Assembly (NCBI GenBank): GCA_937900965.1
Contig: CALCGJ010000247.1
Coordinates: 752-64,751 of the forward strand
DNA: 64,000 bases
Origin: an uncultured Bacteroidota bacterium
GTDB lineage: Bacteria; Bacteroidota; Bacteroidia; Bacteroidales; FEN-979
Direction of reading: 5' to 3'
Shown here: positions 45,027 through 54,620 of the stretch, piece after piece
Position numbering within the stretch: the first letter of the stretch is position 1
Layout: each line of letters begins with the position of its first letter
The notes under the pieces: generated by a model
What the model was told of the DNA's origin: nothing
Databases searched by the model: none
What the model saw: the letters and a program-made list of their open reading frames with translations, nothing else
Position numbers and translations under genes: made by a program

Positions 45027-46205
45027 ATGCTGACCTTAGAGATCATATTCTGGATTTTTCTCTTCATCATCTTCTATGCCTATATCGGATATGGCATCCT
45101 GCTTTTTTTCATGGTAAAGGTGAAGAAGATATTCGTTAAAAAGCTTCCGGAACCCCACACCGACTACGAACCGGAAGTAACACTGTTTGTTGCTGCTTAC
45201 AATGAAAAGGATTTCCTCGAACAGAAGATAAACAACTCATACTCTCTGGATTATCCAAAAGATAAAGTTCATCAGGTATGGGTAACTGACGGATCAGACG
45301 ACGGCACGCCAGACCTGTTGAAAAAGTATGAAGGGGTTGAGGTTTATCATAAACCCGAACGTGCCGGGAAGATCGCTGCAATGAACCGTGGGATGCAGTT
45401 TGTAAAAACACCGATTGTTATCTACTCCGATGGAAATACTATGCTTGGAAAGGAGTCGATCCGGAGGATCGTCAATCTTTTCAGGGATCCAAAGGTAGGC
45501 TGTGTTTCCGGCGAAAAGCGAGTCGCAATCACAGACTCTACAGCAGCTACAGAAGGCATCTACTGGAAATATGAAAGTATGCTTAAAAAGTGGGATGCCG
45601 AACTGAATACCGTGGTGGGAGCTGCGGGAGAGCTGTTTGCCGTTCGTACCGAGTTACACGAACCGATAGAACCTGATACGCTGCTGGACGATTTTATAAT
45701 ATCACTGAGGATCGCGGAGCAAGGATACAAAATCCAGTATGACCCGGAGGCGTATGCATTGGAAAACCCATCGTCAAATGTCAGGGAAGAGTTGAAACGG
45801 AAGATCCGGATCTCCGCCGGGGGAATACAGTCTATTGTACGACTTAAAGAGTTGTTGAATCCGTTCCGATACGGACTTCTCTCATTCCAGTACATCTCGC
45901 ACCGGGTGTTGCGCTGGACCCTCGCTCCTATCGGATTGCTCATTATCCTTATTTGCAACTTTTTCCTGGCGATGCACACCGGCTTCTTTAACTTCGGAAA
46001 TATCTATCCCTGGCTCTTCTGGGCACAGGTTGTGTTTTACGTGGCTGCCCTTACCGGATGGCTCCTGGAGGATAAAAATATCAAAATCAAGCTACTCTAT
46101 ATCCCCTTCTACTTTTTCATTATGAACCTGGCGGTCTATCTCGGATTTTTCCGATACATTAAAAAACAGCAATCGGTGAACTGGGAACGTGCGAAAAGGG
46201 GATAA
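45027..46205 (+). CDS. membrane-embedded family 2 glycosyltransferase with RVLRW motif (synthase-like)
   Basis: 392 aa with one N-terminal TM, a GT2 core (VAAYNEKD, TDGSDDGT, YSDGN), SHRVLRW, and then 3-4 TM helices. Confidence 0.75.
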   Translation: MLTLEIIFWIFLFIIFYAYIGYGILLFFMVKVKKIFVKKLPEPHTDYEPEVTLFVAAYNEKDFLEQKINNSYSLDYPKDKVHQVWVTDGSDDGTPDLLKKYEGVEVYHKPERAGKIAAMNRGMQFVKTPIVIYSDGNTMLGKESIRRIVNLFRDPKVGCVSGEKRVAITDSTAATEGIYWKYESMLKKWDAELNTVVGAAGELFAVRTELHEPIEPDTLLDDFIISLRIAEQGYKIQYDPEAYALENPSSNVREELKRKIRISAGGIQSIVRLKELLNPFRYGLLSFQYISHRVLRWTLAPIGLLIILICNFFLAMHTGFFNFGNIYPWLFWAQVVFYVAALTGWLLEDKNIKIKLLYIPFYFFIMNLAVYLGFFRYIKKQQSVNWERAKRG

Positions 46206-46254
46206 CAACAATAGGGTTATTATGTGAAATCAAGGTTATGTTAAAATCAACCAG

Positions 46255-47895
46255 ATGCGAAGTACGATAACACAAATTATTACTCTGATTCCAATAATAG
46301 GCTTATCCCTTTTGTTGTCGCAACAGGCCAAAGGTCAATCACCGGGCTGCGGGTTACTAATTCCTGCATCAACAGGGTTTGTTGATGGTCATGACAATGC
46401 CTCCGGAATAGGCCCTGGCGACACTATCTGCCTGCTTCCCGGCTCAAGAAGCTGGCTCTGGATCCGGTATCTCCATGGAACGGCTGAAGAGCCAATCGTT
46501 ATCATGAACACTATCGGGATTGTTGCGATCAATAATTTTTACTATGGGATCAAAATCGACTCCTGTTCTCATATCAAACTGTCAGGTAAAGGGGTTGGTG
46601 CTTTCGAATATGGCATCACAATAAGTGAAATTGACGGAGGGGGAATGAGTATTGAAGGGCTGAGCACCGACATAGAAGTTGAAGGACTCGAGATTTCCAA
46701 CACTACATGGCCAGGCCTGTTTTGTAAAACCGATCCTGATTGCTCCTTCACATCAACCAGGGATAAATATATGATGAGAAATATCTCCATTCATGATAAT
46801 TACTTCCATGATATAGGAAATGAGGGATTTTACATCGGGAACTCATTCTATTCTGGAGAGACTATTGAATGTAATGGGAAAGATACTACCCTTCTACCTC
46901 ACCTAATCCGTGGGCTAAAGGTTTACAACAATATTTTGTTGCGGACAGGATGGGATGGCATTCAGGTCTCCTGTGCTGATTCAGGCTGTGCAATTTACGG
47001 CAATGTGGTCTATAACGATAGTGAGGCTGAAGAGTTGAATCAGATGAGTGGCATCATCCTAGGGGGAGGCAGCACATGCGATTGCTTCAACAACAAGGTC
47101 ATGTACGGAAAAGGCACCGGAATCGAGATCCATGGACTTGGGGGAAACAAGATCTACAACAACCTGATTGTCAATCCTGGGAGAGGATACCTACAGGAGT
47201 TTCCGTATATGAATGGAATCTATGTGGGTGATCAGGCTACAATACCGGGGACAAATTTCCTGATTGCATACAACACGATCATTTCACCAAAAGACTTCGG
47301 CATCGATTTCCGTAGTCTGACCACTGCAGGAAACCTGTTTGCCAACAACATCGTTATGAATTATGGAAGAGGTGTCTCACAGGGCAATAATATCTCTATC
47401 CAGAATAACTCAACTTTCACATCACTGGATCCAACACAGTTTGTAAATATGAGCGCTGATGATTTTGATCTGGTACTAACGGCAATTGAGGTAAATACAG
47501 CTATACCTTTTCCTCAGCTGAACCTTGGTTTTGATTTACTCAACCGAAACAGGCCGTTTGCCGGGGTAAATGATATCGGGGCATTTGAATGCCATGACCC
47601 CAACCTGATCGGTGTTCCTGAACTGATCAATAAACCTTCAATCCAGTTCACCATTACATCAGCTGACCAGCCCAACCATCTTTTGATACGGTATACCGTA
47701 TCAGGCAATATGTATACTAAAATTGGCTTGCATGATCTTATGGGCAAGCTTACAGGGATGATTGTCGATAAGCAACTCTCTCCCGGGGAGTACGAACAGG
47801 AGGTTGACATCAGCAGATACTCCGATGGAGTATATATATTCAGAATGACAGCCGGGAATGAGTATATTTCGAAGAAAATTCAACTAATCAAGTAA
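46255..47895 (+). CDS. right-handed parallel beta-helix protein with a T9SS type A C-terminal sorting domain (candidate glycanase, lyase or epimerase)
   Basis: 546 aa with a signal peptide and repeated beta-helix turns (NISIHDNYFHDIGNEGFYIGN, YNNILLRTGWDGIQV, IYGNVVYN, CFNNKVMYGKGTGIEI, IYNNLIVN). The C-terminal 80 aa (IGLHDLMGKL..GVYIFRMTAGNEYISKKIQLIK) look like a type A sorting domain. Confidence 0.7.
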   Translation: MRSTITQIITLIPIIGLSLLLSQQAKGQSPGCGLLIPASTGFVDGHDNASGIGPGDTICLLPGSRSWLWIRYLHGTAEEPIVIMNTIGIVAINNFYYGIKIDSCSHIKLSGKGVGAFEYGITISEIDGGGMSIEGLSTDIEVEGLEISNTTWPGLFCKTDPDCSFTSTRDKYMMRNISIHDNYFHDIGNEGFYIGNSFYSGETIECNGKDTTLLPHLIRGLKVYNNILLRTGWDGIQVSCADSGCAIYGNVVYNDSEAEELNQMSGIILGGGSTCDCFNNKVMYGKGTGIEIHGLGGNKIYNNLIVNPGRGYLQEFPYMNGIYVGDQATIPGTNFLIAYNTIISPKDFGIDFRSLTTAGNLFANNIVMNYGRGVSQGNNISIQNNSTFTSLDPTQFVNMSADDFDLVLTAIEVNTAIPFPQLNLGFDLLNRNRPFAGVNDIGAFECHDPNLIGVPELINKPSIQFTITSADQPNHLLIRYTVSGNMYTKIGLHDLMGKLTGMIVDKQLSPGEYEQEVDISRYSDGVYIFRMTAGNEYISKKIQLIK

Positions 47896-47950
47896 CTTTA
47901 CCCTTAATTCTAGTCACATTTACTACGAAATCAACAGAAAATAGTCTGGC

Positions 47951-48760
47951 ATGAAGATCCCTGGTAAAGAATTAATCCCCTACTGGCTTGGTGAAAAGCT
48001 TAGGGGTGCGTGGCAAAGATATTTGTCACTCAAATACAAAGGGACAGACTATCATTGCCCCTACTGCGGAAACTCTTTCAAAAAATTTTTGCCTGGAGGA
48101 ACCGATTTACCCGTACTGACTGAGAAAATGATTATCGGAGGCGGTTTCCGGGATAACCTGCTTTGTCCCAGGTGTTTCTCGGTTGACCGGGACAGGCTGA
48201 TCTATCTTTACCTGAAAGAGAAAACCAATATCTTCTCTGCCCGTTTAAAGATATTGCATATTGCTCCTGAAGGATGTATCCGCTCCCTTCTGATGTCGCT
48301 ACCCAATACTGACTACCATTCAGGGGTGAAGTATTTCGAAGGCTACTATTACGACAGGAAAGTAAAGCTGATAGATGTAACCTCTCTGCAATTTGAGTCA
48401 GAGTCGTTTGATGTGGTCATCTGTAACCATGTGTTGGAGCATGTCCATGATGACCAGAAAGCTCTGGAAGAGATTCACCGTATTCTTAAACCGAATGGCT
48501 GGGCCATTCTCCAGGTCCCAATTTCTGATAAACTCGGGGAAACAGAGTATGATCCATCCATATCTACACCTGAAGACCGTGAAAAGATCTATGGTCAACA
48601 TGACCATGTCAGGATCTATGGACAGGATTATCCAAAATTTCTGGAACGTAATGGATTCAAAGTCGTTCAATATTCGCCCTTCCATGATTCACCCCAGGAA
48701 ACTGTGAAAAAATTCGCTCTTAATCCTAAAGAAAAGCTTTTTGTTGCATATAAAGTATAA
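47951..48760 (+). CDS. class I SAM-dependent methyltransferase with an N-terminal 4-Cys zinc-ribbon-like segment
   Basis: 269 aa with CPYCGNSF...CPRCFS followed by the Methyltransf_11-type segment FDVVICNHVLEHV. Confidence 0.8.
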   Translation: MKIPGKELIPYWLGEKLRGAWQRYLSLKYKGTDYHCPYCGNSFKKFLPGGTDLPVLTEKMIIGGGFRDNLLCPRCFSVDRDRLIYLYLKEKTNIFSARLKILHIAPEGCIRSLLMSLPNTDYHSGVKYFEGYYYDRKVKLIDVTSLQFESESFDVVICNHVLEHVHDDQKALEEIHRILKPNGWAILQVPISDKLGETEYDPSISTPEDREKIYGQHDHVRIYGQDYPKFLERNGFKVVQYSPFHDSPQETVKKFALNPKEKLFVAYKV

Positions 48761-48762
48761 CT

Positions 48763-50205
48763 ATGAGCTCACCACTAGACATTATCATCATTACAATTAT
48801 TGCCCTCCTCTTAATCTCAACGGTTGTTGTCCTGTTCATTAATAACAAAAAGGGGATAGCCATTCGCAAACAGATCAATGATAAAGATTCTGAATTACAA
48901 CTGCTAAACCGGGAATTGAGTTCCCTTCATGAACAGTTTGAGGAACTCGAAACAAAAAAAAAAGGTGAGGAAGATCCGGAACAACTAAAAGCAGGTGCTG
49001 AACTCACCTTGAAAAAAGCTCTGAAGAGAGCCGAAGAGGAGAACTTTCAGAAGAACACCTTTCTTTCAAACCTGAGTTCAGAGATCCGGACCCCTCTGAA
49101 TAACATTGTCGGTTTCTCCAGTTTACTGGAAACTGAAACCTCTTTGATTGAAAACAAGGAGTTGTTTGAATATGCCCGCGGGATCTCAGAGAGTGGGGAC
49201 AGGCTGATTAACCTGTTGAACAACATCATCGATATCAGCCGCATCGAATCTCACGATATGGATATCGTGATCAACCCCTGCTCAGTACCCACTGTCATCT
49301 CAAATGTGGGCCAATTGTATGTTTTCAAAGCCAATGACCAAAAGATCAAGTTCAACATCATCAACAAAGATATCCCTGATGCACTGGCCGATGACAAGGT
49401 GCTGACAAAAGTACTTGGAGGGATCGTTGACAATGCCATCAAATACACTGAGAAGGGATTTGTCAACATCTCATCCGGTTATAATACCAAGACAAATCAA
49501 ATTACTGTCCGGGTAAAAGATTCGGGTAGTGGGATCGATCCTACATACCTCAAAGAGATTTTTAACGCCTTCAGGCCTGATGCTCCAGGTTACAACAAAG
49601 AGTTACAGGGAACCCGCCTGGGATTACCCATTGCCAAGCGGTTCATGGAGATGATGGACGGAGACCTTGAGATTGATTCGAAAAAAGGCGAGGGAACTAC
49701 GGTGACTGTTTTCCTGAAAGCGGCGGTAGAAAAAGTAGTAGAGGAAGAAGTTGAAACGGAGGCAATAGAAGCAGCTGGTGATGGTGAGGTTACTCCACGA
49801 AAGACAAAAGTACTGCAGGATCTGGATATTTTTATCGTGGAGGATGATCTGATGAACTCTATGGTGCTGGTTCAGATGACAAAGTCACTCGGGAAGGTTA
49901 CAACAGCAGTAAACGGAGAGGCCACATTAAAGATTGTTGATGACAAGGTAGCCAAAGGTGAGAAATTCGATATTATGCTTTTCGACATCAACCTCCCTCC
50001 CCCATGGGATGGTGTGAAGCTGATGCAGACCATCCGAAAAAAACATTCGGCATACAAGAATATCCCGTTTGTTGCCCAGACGGCTTATGCTATGACCGGC
50101 GATCGTGAGAAGTTGCTGGAATCAGGGTTTGACGATTACATCCCCAAACCTATTAATAAGAATGAGCTTTACACCATCATGAAGAACCAACTGTCTAAGC
50201 ATTGA
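48763..50205 (+). CDS. hybrid histidine-kinase-like protein lacking the phospho-acceptor His (TM, coiled coil, degenerate HisKA, HATPase_c, REC)
   Basis: 480 aa. The H-box reads FLSNLSSEIRTPLNNIVGF (codon AGT TCA at 49075-49080), where paralogues have SHEIRTP. N, G1 and G2 boxes are present (DNAIKYT, DSGSGI, GTRLGL). The REC domain has D (MLFDINLP) and KP. Confidence 0.8.
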   Translation: MSSPLDIIIITIIALLLISTVVVLFINNKKGIAIRKQINDKDSELQLLNRELSSLHEQFEELETKKKGEEDPEQLKAGAELTLKKALKRAEEENFQKNTFLSNLSSEIRTPLNNIVGFSSLLETETSLIENKELFEYARGISESGDRLINLLNNIIDISRIESHDMDIVINPCSVPTVISNVGQLYVFKANDQKIKFNIINKDIPDALADDKVLTKVLGGIVDNAIKYTEKGFVNISSGYNTKTNQITVRVKDSGSGIDPTYLKEIFNAFRPDAPGYNKELQGTRLGLPIAKRFMEMMDGDLEIDSKKGEGTTVTVFLKAAVEKVVEEEVETEAIEAAGDGEVTPRKTKVLQDLDIFIVEDDLMNSMVLVQMTKSLGKVTTAVNGEATLKIVDDKVAKGEKFDIMLFDINLPPPWDGVKLMQTIRKKHSAYKNIPFVAQTAYAMTGDREKLLESGFDDYIPKPINKNELYTIMKNQLSKH

Positions 50206-50207
50206 GT

Positions 50208-51551
50208 ATGATTGAAGATGAAACGAAGGAGGAATTGAATATCCGGGTTACAGAACTGCAAAAGCGGATCCAGGAGCTTGAAGGCGAAGTGATCCTGGCG
50301 AAGAGGGATTCAGAAGATGCAACCCGGAAGAAGACCATGTTTCTGGCCAATATGAGTCATGAGATCCGGACCCCAATGAACAGTATTATTGGAATTTATG
50401 GCATCCTGAAGGAGACGAACCTCTCCGTTGAGCAAGAGGAGTTCCTGGAAATTATAAACATTGCAAGCCAAAACCTTCTGATCATCATCAACGACATTCT
50501 GGACCTGTCTAAAATAGAGGCAGGAGAATTAACACTGGAGAGGAAGCCCTACTCCCTTCACGATGAGGTTCAACGGGTAATCAAATTACTCTCTCTAAAA
50601 GCCAGAGGCAAAGGAATTGATCTAAGTTCGAGAATTGACTTAACTATACCCCCTGTTGTAATCGGTGATGCCGTCAGACTTAAACAGATTCTGATCAACC
50701 TGGCTAACAATGCTATTAAATTTACCAGTGAAGGGGAGGTCCAGATTGCTGTTGAACTGATAGACCCCCTTTCCAATGATTTTAAGAATCAGAAAGCGTA
50801 TATTCCAGAGTGGATCAACTTGGATAACCTTAACCCTTCCCAGCGGATTCTTAAGTTTGAAGTTAGTGATACCGGCATTGGGATCTCAGAGGAGGATATG
50901 AAAACCCTGTTTTCTGAATTCGCACAGCTCGAGAATCCTTTGGTTCGCCGGTTTGAGGGTACCGGACTGGGACTTTCCATCTCCCGTAACCTCACTCACT
51001 TGATGAAGGGAAAAATGGGTGTGTCCAGCAAGCCAGGGGAAGGATCAGTATTTTGGTTTACCCTCCTGGTTGAGACCAGGGATAAAGGACTGCTTAATAA
51101 GGAGAAAGAAGAGACTAAAGTTCACCAGGAAAAAACCAGGAAACTGGATGTGCTCCTTGTTGAAGACAATTTGCTGAACCAGAAGTTTGCAATGACCACT
51201 ATGAAGCGAGTGGGCCATGAAGTAGATCTGGCCGAGAACGGGAAGATCGCCCTGGATAAATTCCGAAATAAACATTACGACCTAATCCTTATGGATATTG
51301 CAATGCCTGTTATGGACGGGATGGAGGCGGCCCGCCAGATTCGTGAAATAGAGCGGGAAAAAGTGCAGGCGATGAGCAAACAGGAAGCTGATTCCTTCAC
51401 CCCGGTACAGATAGTTGCGGTTACGGCTCACATCATGATGGCAGATAAGGAGAAATGTCTCGCAGTTGGGATGAATGATTTTCTGGCAAAACCCTACCGC
51501 CCAAATGACCTTCTAAAAGTCATCGAAAACCTGGAATTCGAATACCATTGA
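50208..51551 (+). CDS. cytoplasmic hybrid sensor histidine kinase / response regulator (canonical H-box)
   Basis: I chose the ATG at 50208, 2 nt after the previous stop. The track start at 50202 is a TTG. Motifs are FLANMSHEIRTPMNSI, NNAIKFT, DTGIGI and GTGLGLSI. The REC domain has VEDN, LILMDIAMPVMDG and AKPY. Confidence 0.85.
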   Translation: MIEDETKEELNIRVTELQKRIQELEGEVILAKRDSEDATRKKTMFLANMSHEIRTPMNSIIGIYGILKETNLSVEQEEFLEIINIASQNLLIIINDILDLSKIEAGELTLERKPYSLHDEVQRVIKLLSLKARGKGIDLSSRIDLTIPPVVIGDAVRLKQILINLANNAIKFTSEGEVQIAVELIDPLSNDFKNQKAYIPEWINLDNLNPSQRILKFEVSDTGIGISEEDMKTLFSEFAQLENPLVRRFEGTGLGLSISRNLTHLMKGKMGVSSKPGEGSVFWFTLLVETRDKGLLNKEKEETKVHQEKTRKLDVLLVEDNLLNQKFAMTTMKRVGHEVDLAENGKIALDKFRNKHYDLILMDIAMPVMDGMEAARQIREIEREKVQAMSKQEADSFTPVQIVAVTAHIMMADKEKCLAVGMNDFLAKPYRPNDLLKVIENLEFEYH

Positions 51552-54500
51552 TTAATGCCGGATCAGCCGGAAGCGGTATACAGCTGCTTCTCCGTTAACC
51601 TGCAGCAGATAAAGACCTGAAGGGATTCCGTTCAGTAGTACCCTGGCTTTGTGTTCATGACCTGATGTGCGTATCAGACTCTCCCCTCTCATGTTAAGGA
51701 CTTCAATTGAGAAACGCTCATCCTCAGTTTTCAAACTCTCAACAGTAACAAACTCCCCGGCAGGATTGGGATAGATACGATATGCTTCATTTGGGGACAG
51801 TTCATCTATCCCGATGTGACAATCGATGAAGTTGATATAGGCAGTGTCAAGGGTAACACAACCATCTTTGGTAGCGTAGACCCAGATCATATAATCTCCC
51901 AGTCCGATACCATTGGTATCTACAACAACCGACTCGGTGTTTACACCATTGGACCATAGGTAAGAGGTATTTCCGGGTCCTGCGCGGAGCAGGATCGATT
52001 TATCAGCACATACAATGGTATCTTCAGGTTGTGGCCAGACCGTAGGTTTTGCATAGATATGTACGCGTGTTGTATCAGAATTGGAACAACCATAAATATC
52101 GCTATAGACATAGGTGATCACATTTAATCCAATATTGGCGCTATCGGGGTAAAATGTATCACCATTTAGTCCGGGTCCGGCAAATATGCCACCCGCAGGA
52201 GAACCGAAAACGGTAGAGGCATAGTCATAAACGCAATAAGCAGGCCATAATCCCCAGATGCGTACCTCGGGTGCAGGACGTACAAACACTTCTGTTGAAG
52301 CAGAATCGGAGCATCCGAAAGAGTTGGATGCAACAACAGTGTAAAGGGTTGAAATCTGAGGGGCTACACGTATTGAAGCAGTTGTATCCCCGGTATTCCA
52401 AAGGTAATAAAGACCTCCGGATACGGTCAGTGTCACCGAATCTCCTTCACAGATGTTAGTGTCGGGAGGGAGATACGGTGAAGGGACAGGATACCTCACA
52501 ACCAACAGACTGTCTTTGTAGACAGGACCCTGGGGATTGATCACCGTCACTTTATAGAGAGTAGTTATAGGTGGGTTGGCGGTTGGGTTGTATATGTTTG
52601 GATTTGACAAGGTTGTGTCATCAGGTACTGATGTCCATTGGATAAAGTCATTGTCCAGGGTATCAAGGAGGGTTATCGTAATGGGTAACCCGGGGCAAAC
52701 TCCATCCAGAGGTAAAGATGAAAAACTCAACCGGCAACTGTCTCTCAAACCATCCGGACTCAAAGCCATCAGCCATGCCGAATCTGAACCTATCCAGAAC
52801 GACTGTGGTTTTAATGGAAGCATATATTGAGATGTGAGATCCCTGAAACTCATAACGTCAGCACCTTCTACTGACCAGGTGATCGTTGCAGGATTATAAA
52901 TGGTATCTATTACCAGCTGGTAAAGATCAATCTGGCTAAACTGTTCGTTTTGATAAACCGTCCGGGTCGGATATGCAGATGTGGTTAGAAATCCCGCTGA
53001 ACGGAATCCCATACCACTGATTTTCAGCGTATCGGGCATAGTATCAGTTCGTGTAATCACGATATTCATCACGGACACTGATCCCGGAACGGTAACAAAT
53101 CCAGAATGTTTGGACCATTTTGATGTATCAACAGTAAAATTCAGTTCCTGCACGAGGCCTGTCTCCGGGAAACTGAATGTAGCCTTTACTTTTGAAGAGT
53201 CGGGCCCAACGTTTTTTGTGTAGACAGTAAAGAAGTTCTTTCCCTTTTCGAGTCCGGCAAGTTGTGTGACCTTGCAGAAAGTTCCCTGTTCAGTAAGAAC
53301 AAAACTTCGCCCCCCGCTGAAAGTTACCCCATCGGTAGTATCAAATTGACTTGTAATCGAACTCTCCTGATCAAAGCCATCCGGGTAGTTATTCCCATCC
53401 AGATCAACTGCCAGATTAGGGAATATGTTGATTACCCTGTTAGGTACGCTGTCATACAGCCAGGTTTTCCATTGCGAATAGGTTCCGATCTGAATATCAT
53501 TCACGGTGCACCAGTTGAGGAGGCTATCGAGGCGTACAAGGTAATTGTTCCAGCCACCCAGAGTACCTCCCAGAGTGGAGACGTCTATATTTACATAATG
53601 CTTTGCAACAGCATTGGCAATGCGTTCCTTATTATATGCGAAGGTATGGTTGGAGATTGAGATCTTGTCATTTTGCATCCCAAACTGACTGATCCCATAC
53701 GGATTATATTCATTATAACAAAGGTATGCCTCATTGATATAATTGGAGCCTGCCTTGTATTGCAGCATATTTCCCAGGTTAGCTTTGACCTGGTAACCAT
53801 CGAGCATTGGCATCTGGCCAACAGGGTGGATCCAGCTGACCGGGCGAGGAATATTGTGTTGATCAAACAGCGCAAGGGAACGCTCCCCAAGCAACTGTAT
53901 CGCCTCTGGCTGCATGAGTACATTAACCTGGGTAAGCTTGTGGTATTGCAGGTTAACCATGTTCCCAAAATTGACCGGTTCTTCCCACAAGGACTTCAGA
54001 TAGACAGTATCCGGATCAGTAGGTATTACAGCAGAGAGGTTATACCACAAACAAACGCTGTTATTCGTATTGATATAGAAAGCAAAGAAGTATGGATTTC
54101 CTGTCAGGTTCCCGAATTCACCGGGATCCTGACTGATAACCATGTTTCCAAATACGTTTATGAGCCCCTCGTTGTGCGATTGTGATGTATCCACAGCACT
54201 GTAAGCCAGGCAAACTCTATCGGCATTTACGTGGTGAACTCCTGGTTTCCCAACGAAAAGGGTAGTATCTGTAGGGTTCAACAGGTTGAAGAACTGTGTC
54301 TGGTGCGTGGGGGAATTATCCATCACCTCATACCCTTTTGCATTATAACTGATTAAGGTATCCACATAGTCGGGAGCAATTGGGAAAATCCAGGAGGTTA
54401 TTGCCATGCTGAATTTTTGACCGTAGAGGGAGAAGAGTGAATCAACCTGGTGCAGTTTTGTCAGACTGGGATTGTTATCCACCCTGAATGAAATGCCCCC

Positions 54501-54620
54501 TTTTTTAGTTGGAAATGGTTGGGCAGTAACATCTGCAGATAATACAACAAAGAGAAGTACAACCAGCATAACAATGACTGCATAGGGAGAGGGATAATAT
54601 GTTCGAGCTATCTGCTTCAT
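51552..54620 (-). CDS. large secreted multidomain protein with Ig-like Cys-containing modules and a T9SS type A C-terminal sorting domain
   Basis: 1022 aa with an N-terminal signal/anchor and an unassigned domain of about 400 aa. Repeated modules of the type ICEGDSVTLTVSGGLYYLWNTGDT follow. The C-terminus (YRIYPNPAGEFVTVES...GLYLLQVNGEAAVYRFRLIRH) is of type A. Confidence 0.7.
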   Translation of the reverse strand: MKQIARTYYPSPYAVIVMLVVLLFVVLSADVTAQPFPTKKGGISFRVDNNPSLTKLHQVDSLFSLYGQKFSMAITSWIFPIAPDYVDTLISYNAKGYEVMDNSPTHQTQFFNLLNPTDTTLFVGKPGVHHVNADRVCLAYSAVDTSQSHNEGLINVFGNMVISQDPGEFGNLTGNPYFFAFYINTNNSVCLWYNLSAVIPTDPDTVYLKSLWEEPVNFGNMVNLQYHKLTQVNVLMQPEAIQLLGERSLALFDQHNIPRPVSWIHPVGQMPMLDGYQVKANLGNMLQYKAGSNYINEAYLCYNEYNPYGISQFGMQNDKISISNHTFAYNKERIANAVAKHYVNIDVSTLGGTLGGWNNYLVRLDSLLNWCTVNDIQIGTYSQWKTWLYDSVPNRVINIFPNLAVDLDGNNYPDGFDQESSITSQFDTTDGVTFSGGRSFVLTEQGTFCKVTQLAGLEKGKNFFTVYTKNVGPDSSKVKATFSFPETGLVQELNFTVDTSKWSKHSGFVTVPGSVSVMNIVITRTDTMPDTLKISGMGFRSAGFLTTSAYPTRTVYQNEQFSQIDLYQLVIDTIYNPATITWSVEGADVMSFRDLTSQYMLPLKPQSFWIGSDSAWLMALSPDGLRDSCRLSFSSLPLDGVCPGLPITITLLDTLDNDFIQWTSVPDDTTLSNPNIYNPTANPPITTLYKVTVINPQGPVYKDSLLVVRYPVPSPYLPPDTNICEGDSVTLTVSGGLYYLWNTGDTTASIRVAPQISTLYTVVASNSFGCSDSASTEVFVRPAPEVRIWGLWPAYCVYDYASTVFGSPAGGIFAGPGLNGDTFYPDSANIGLNVITYVYSDIYGCSNSDTTRVHIYAKPTVWPQPEDTIVCADKSILLRAGPGNTSYLWSNGVNTESVVVDTNGIGLGDYMIWVYATKDGCVTLDTAYINFIDCHIGIDELSPNEAYRIYPNPAGEFVTVESLKTEDERFSIEVLNMRGESLIRTSGHEHKARVLLNGIPSGLYLLQVNGEAAVYRFRLIRH

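Noticed and set aside
10032-47903. Shared sequence TAACTTT(A/G)CCC at three stop codons (10032, 14020, 47893) and in the promoter at 4625
   Set aside because: Two identical 11-mers plus one near match could be a 3-prime signal. However, 11-mer coincidences are expected many times in 64 kb, and I cannot show enrichment without the whole genome.
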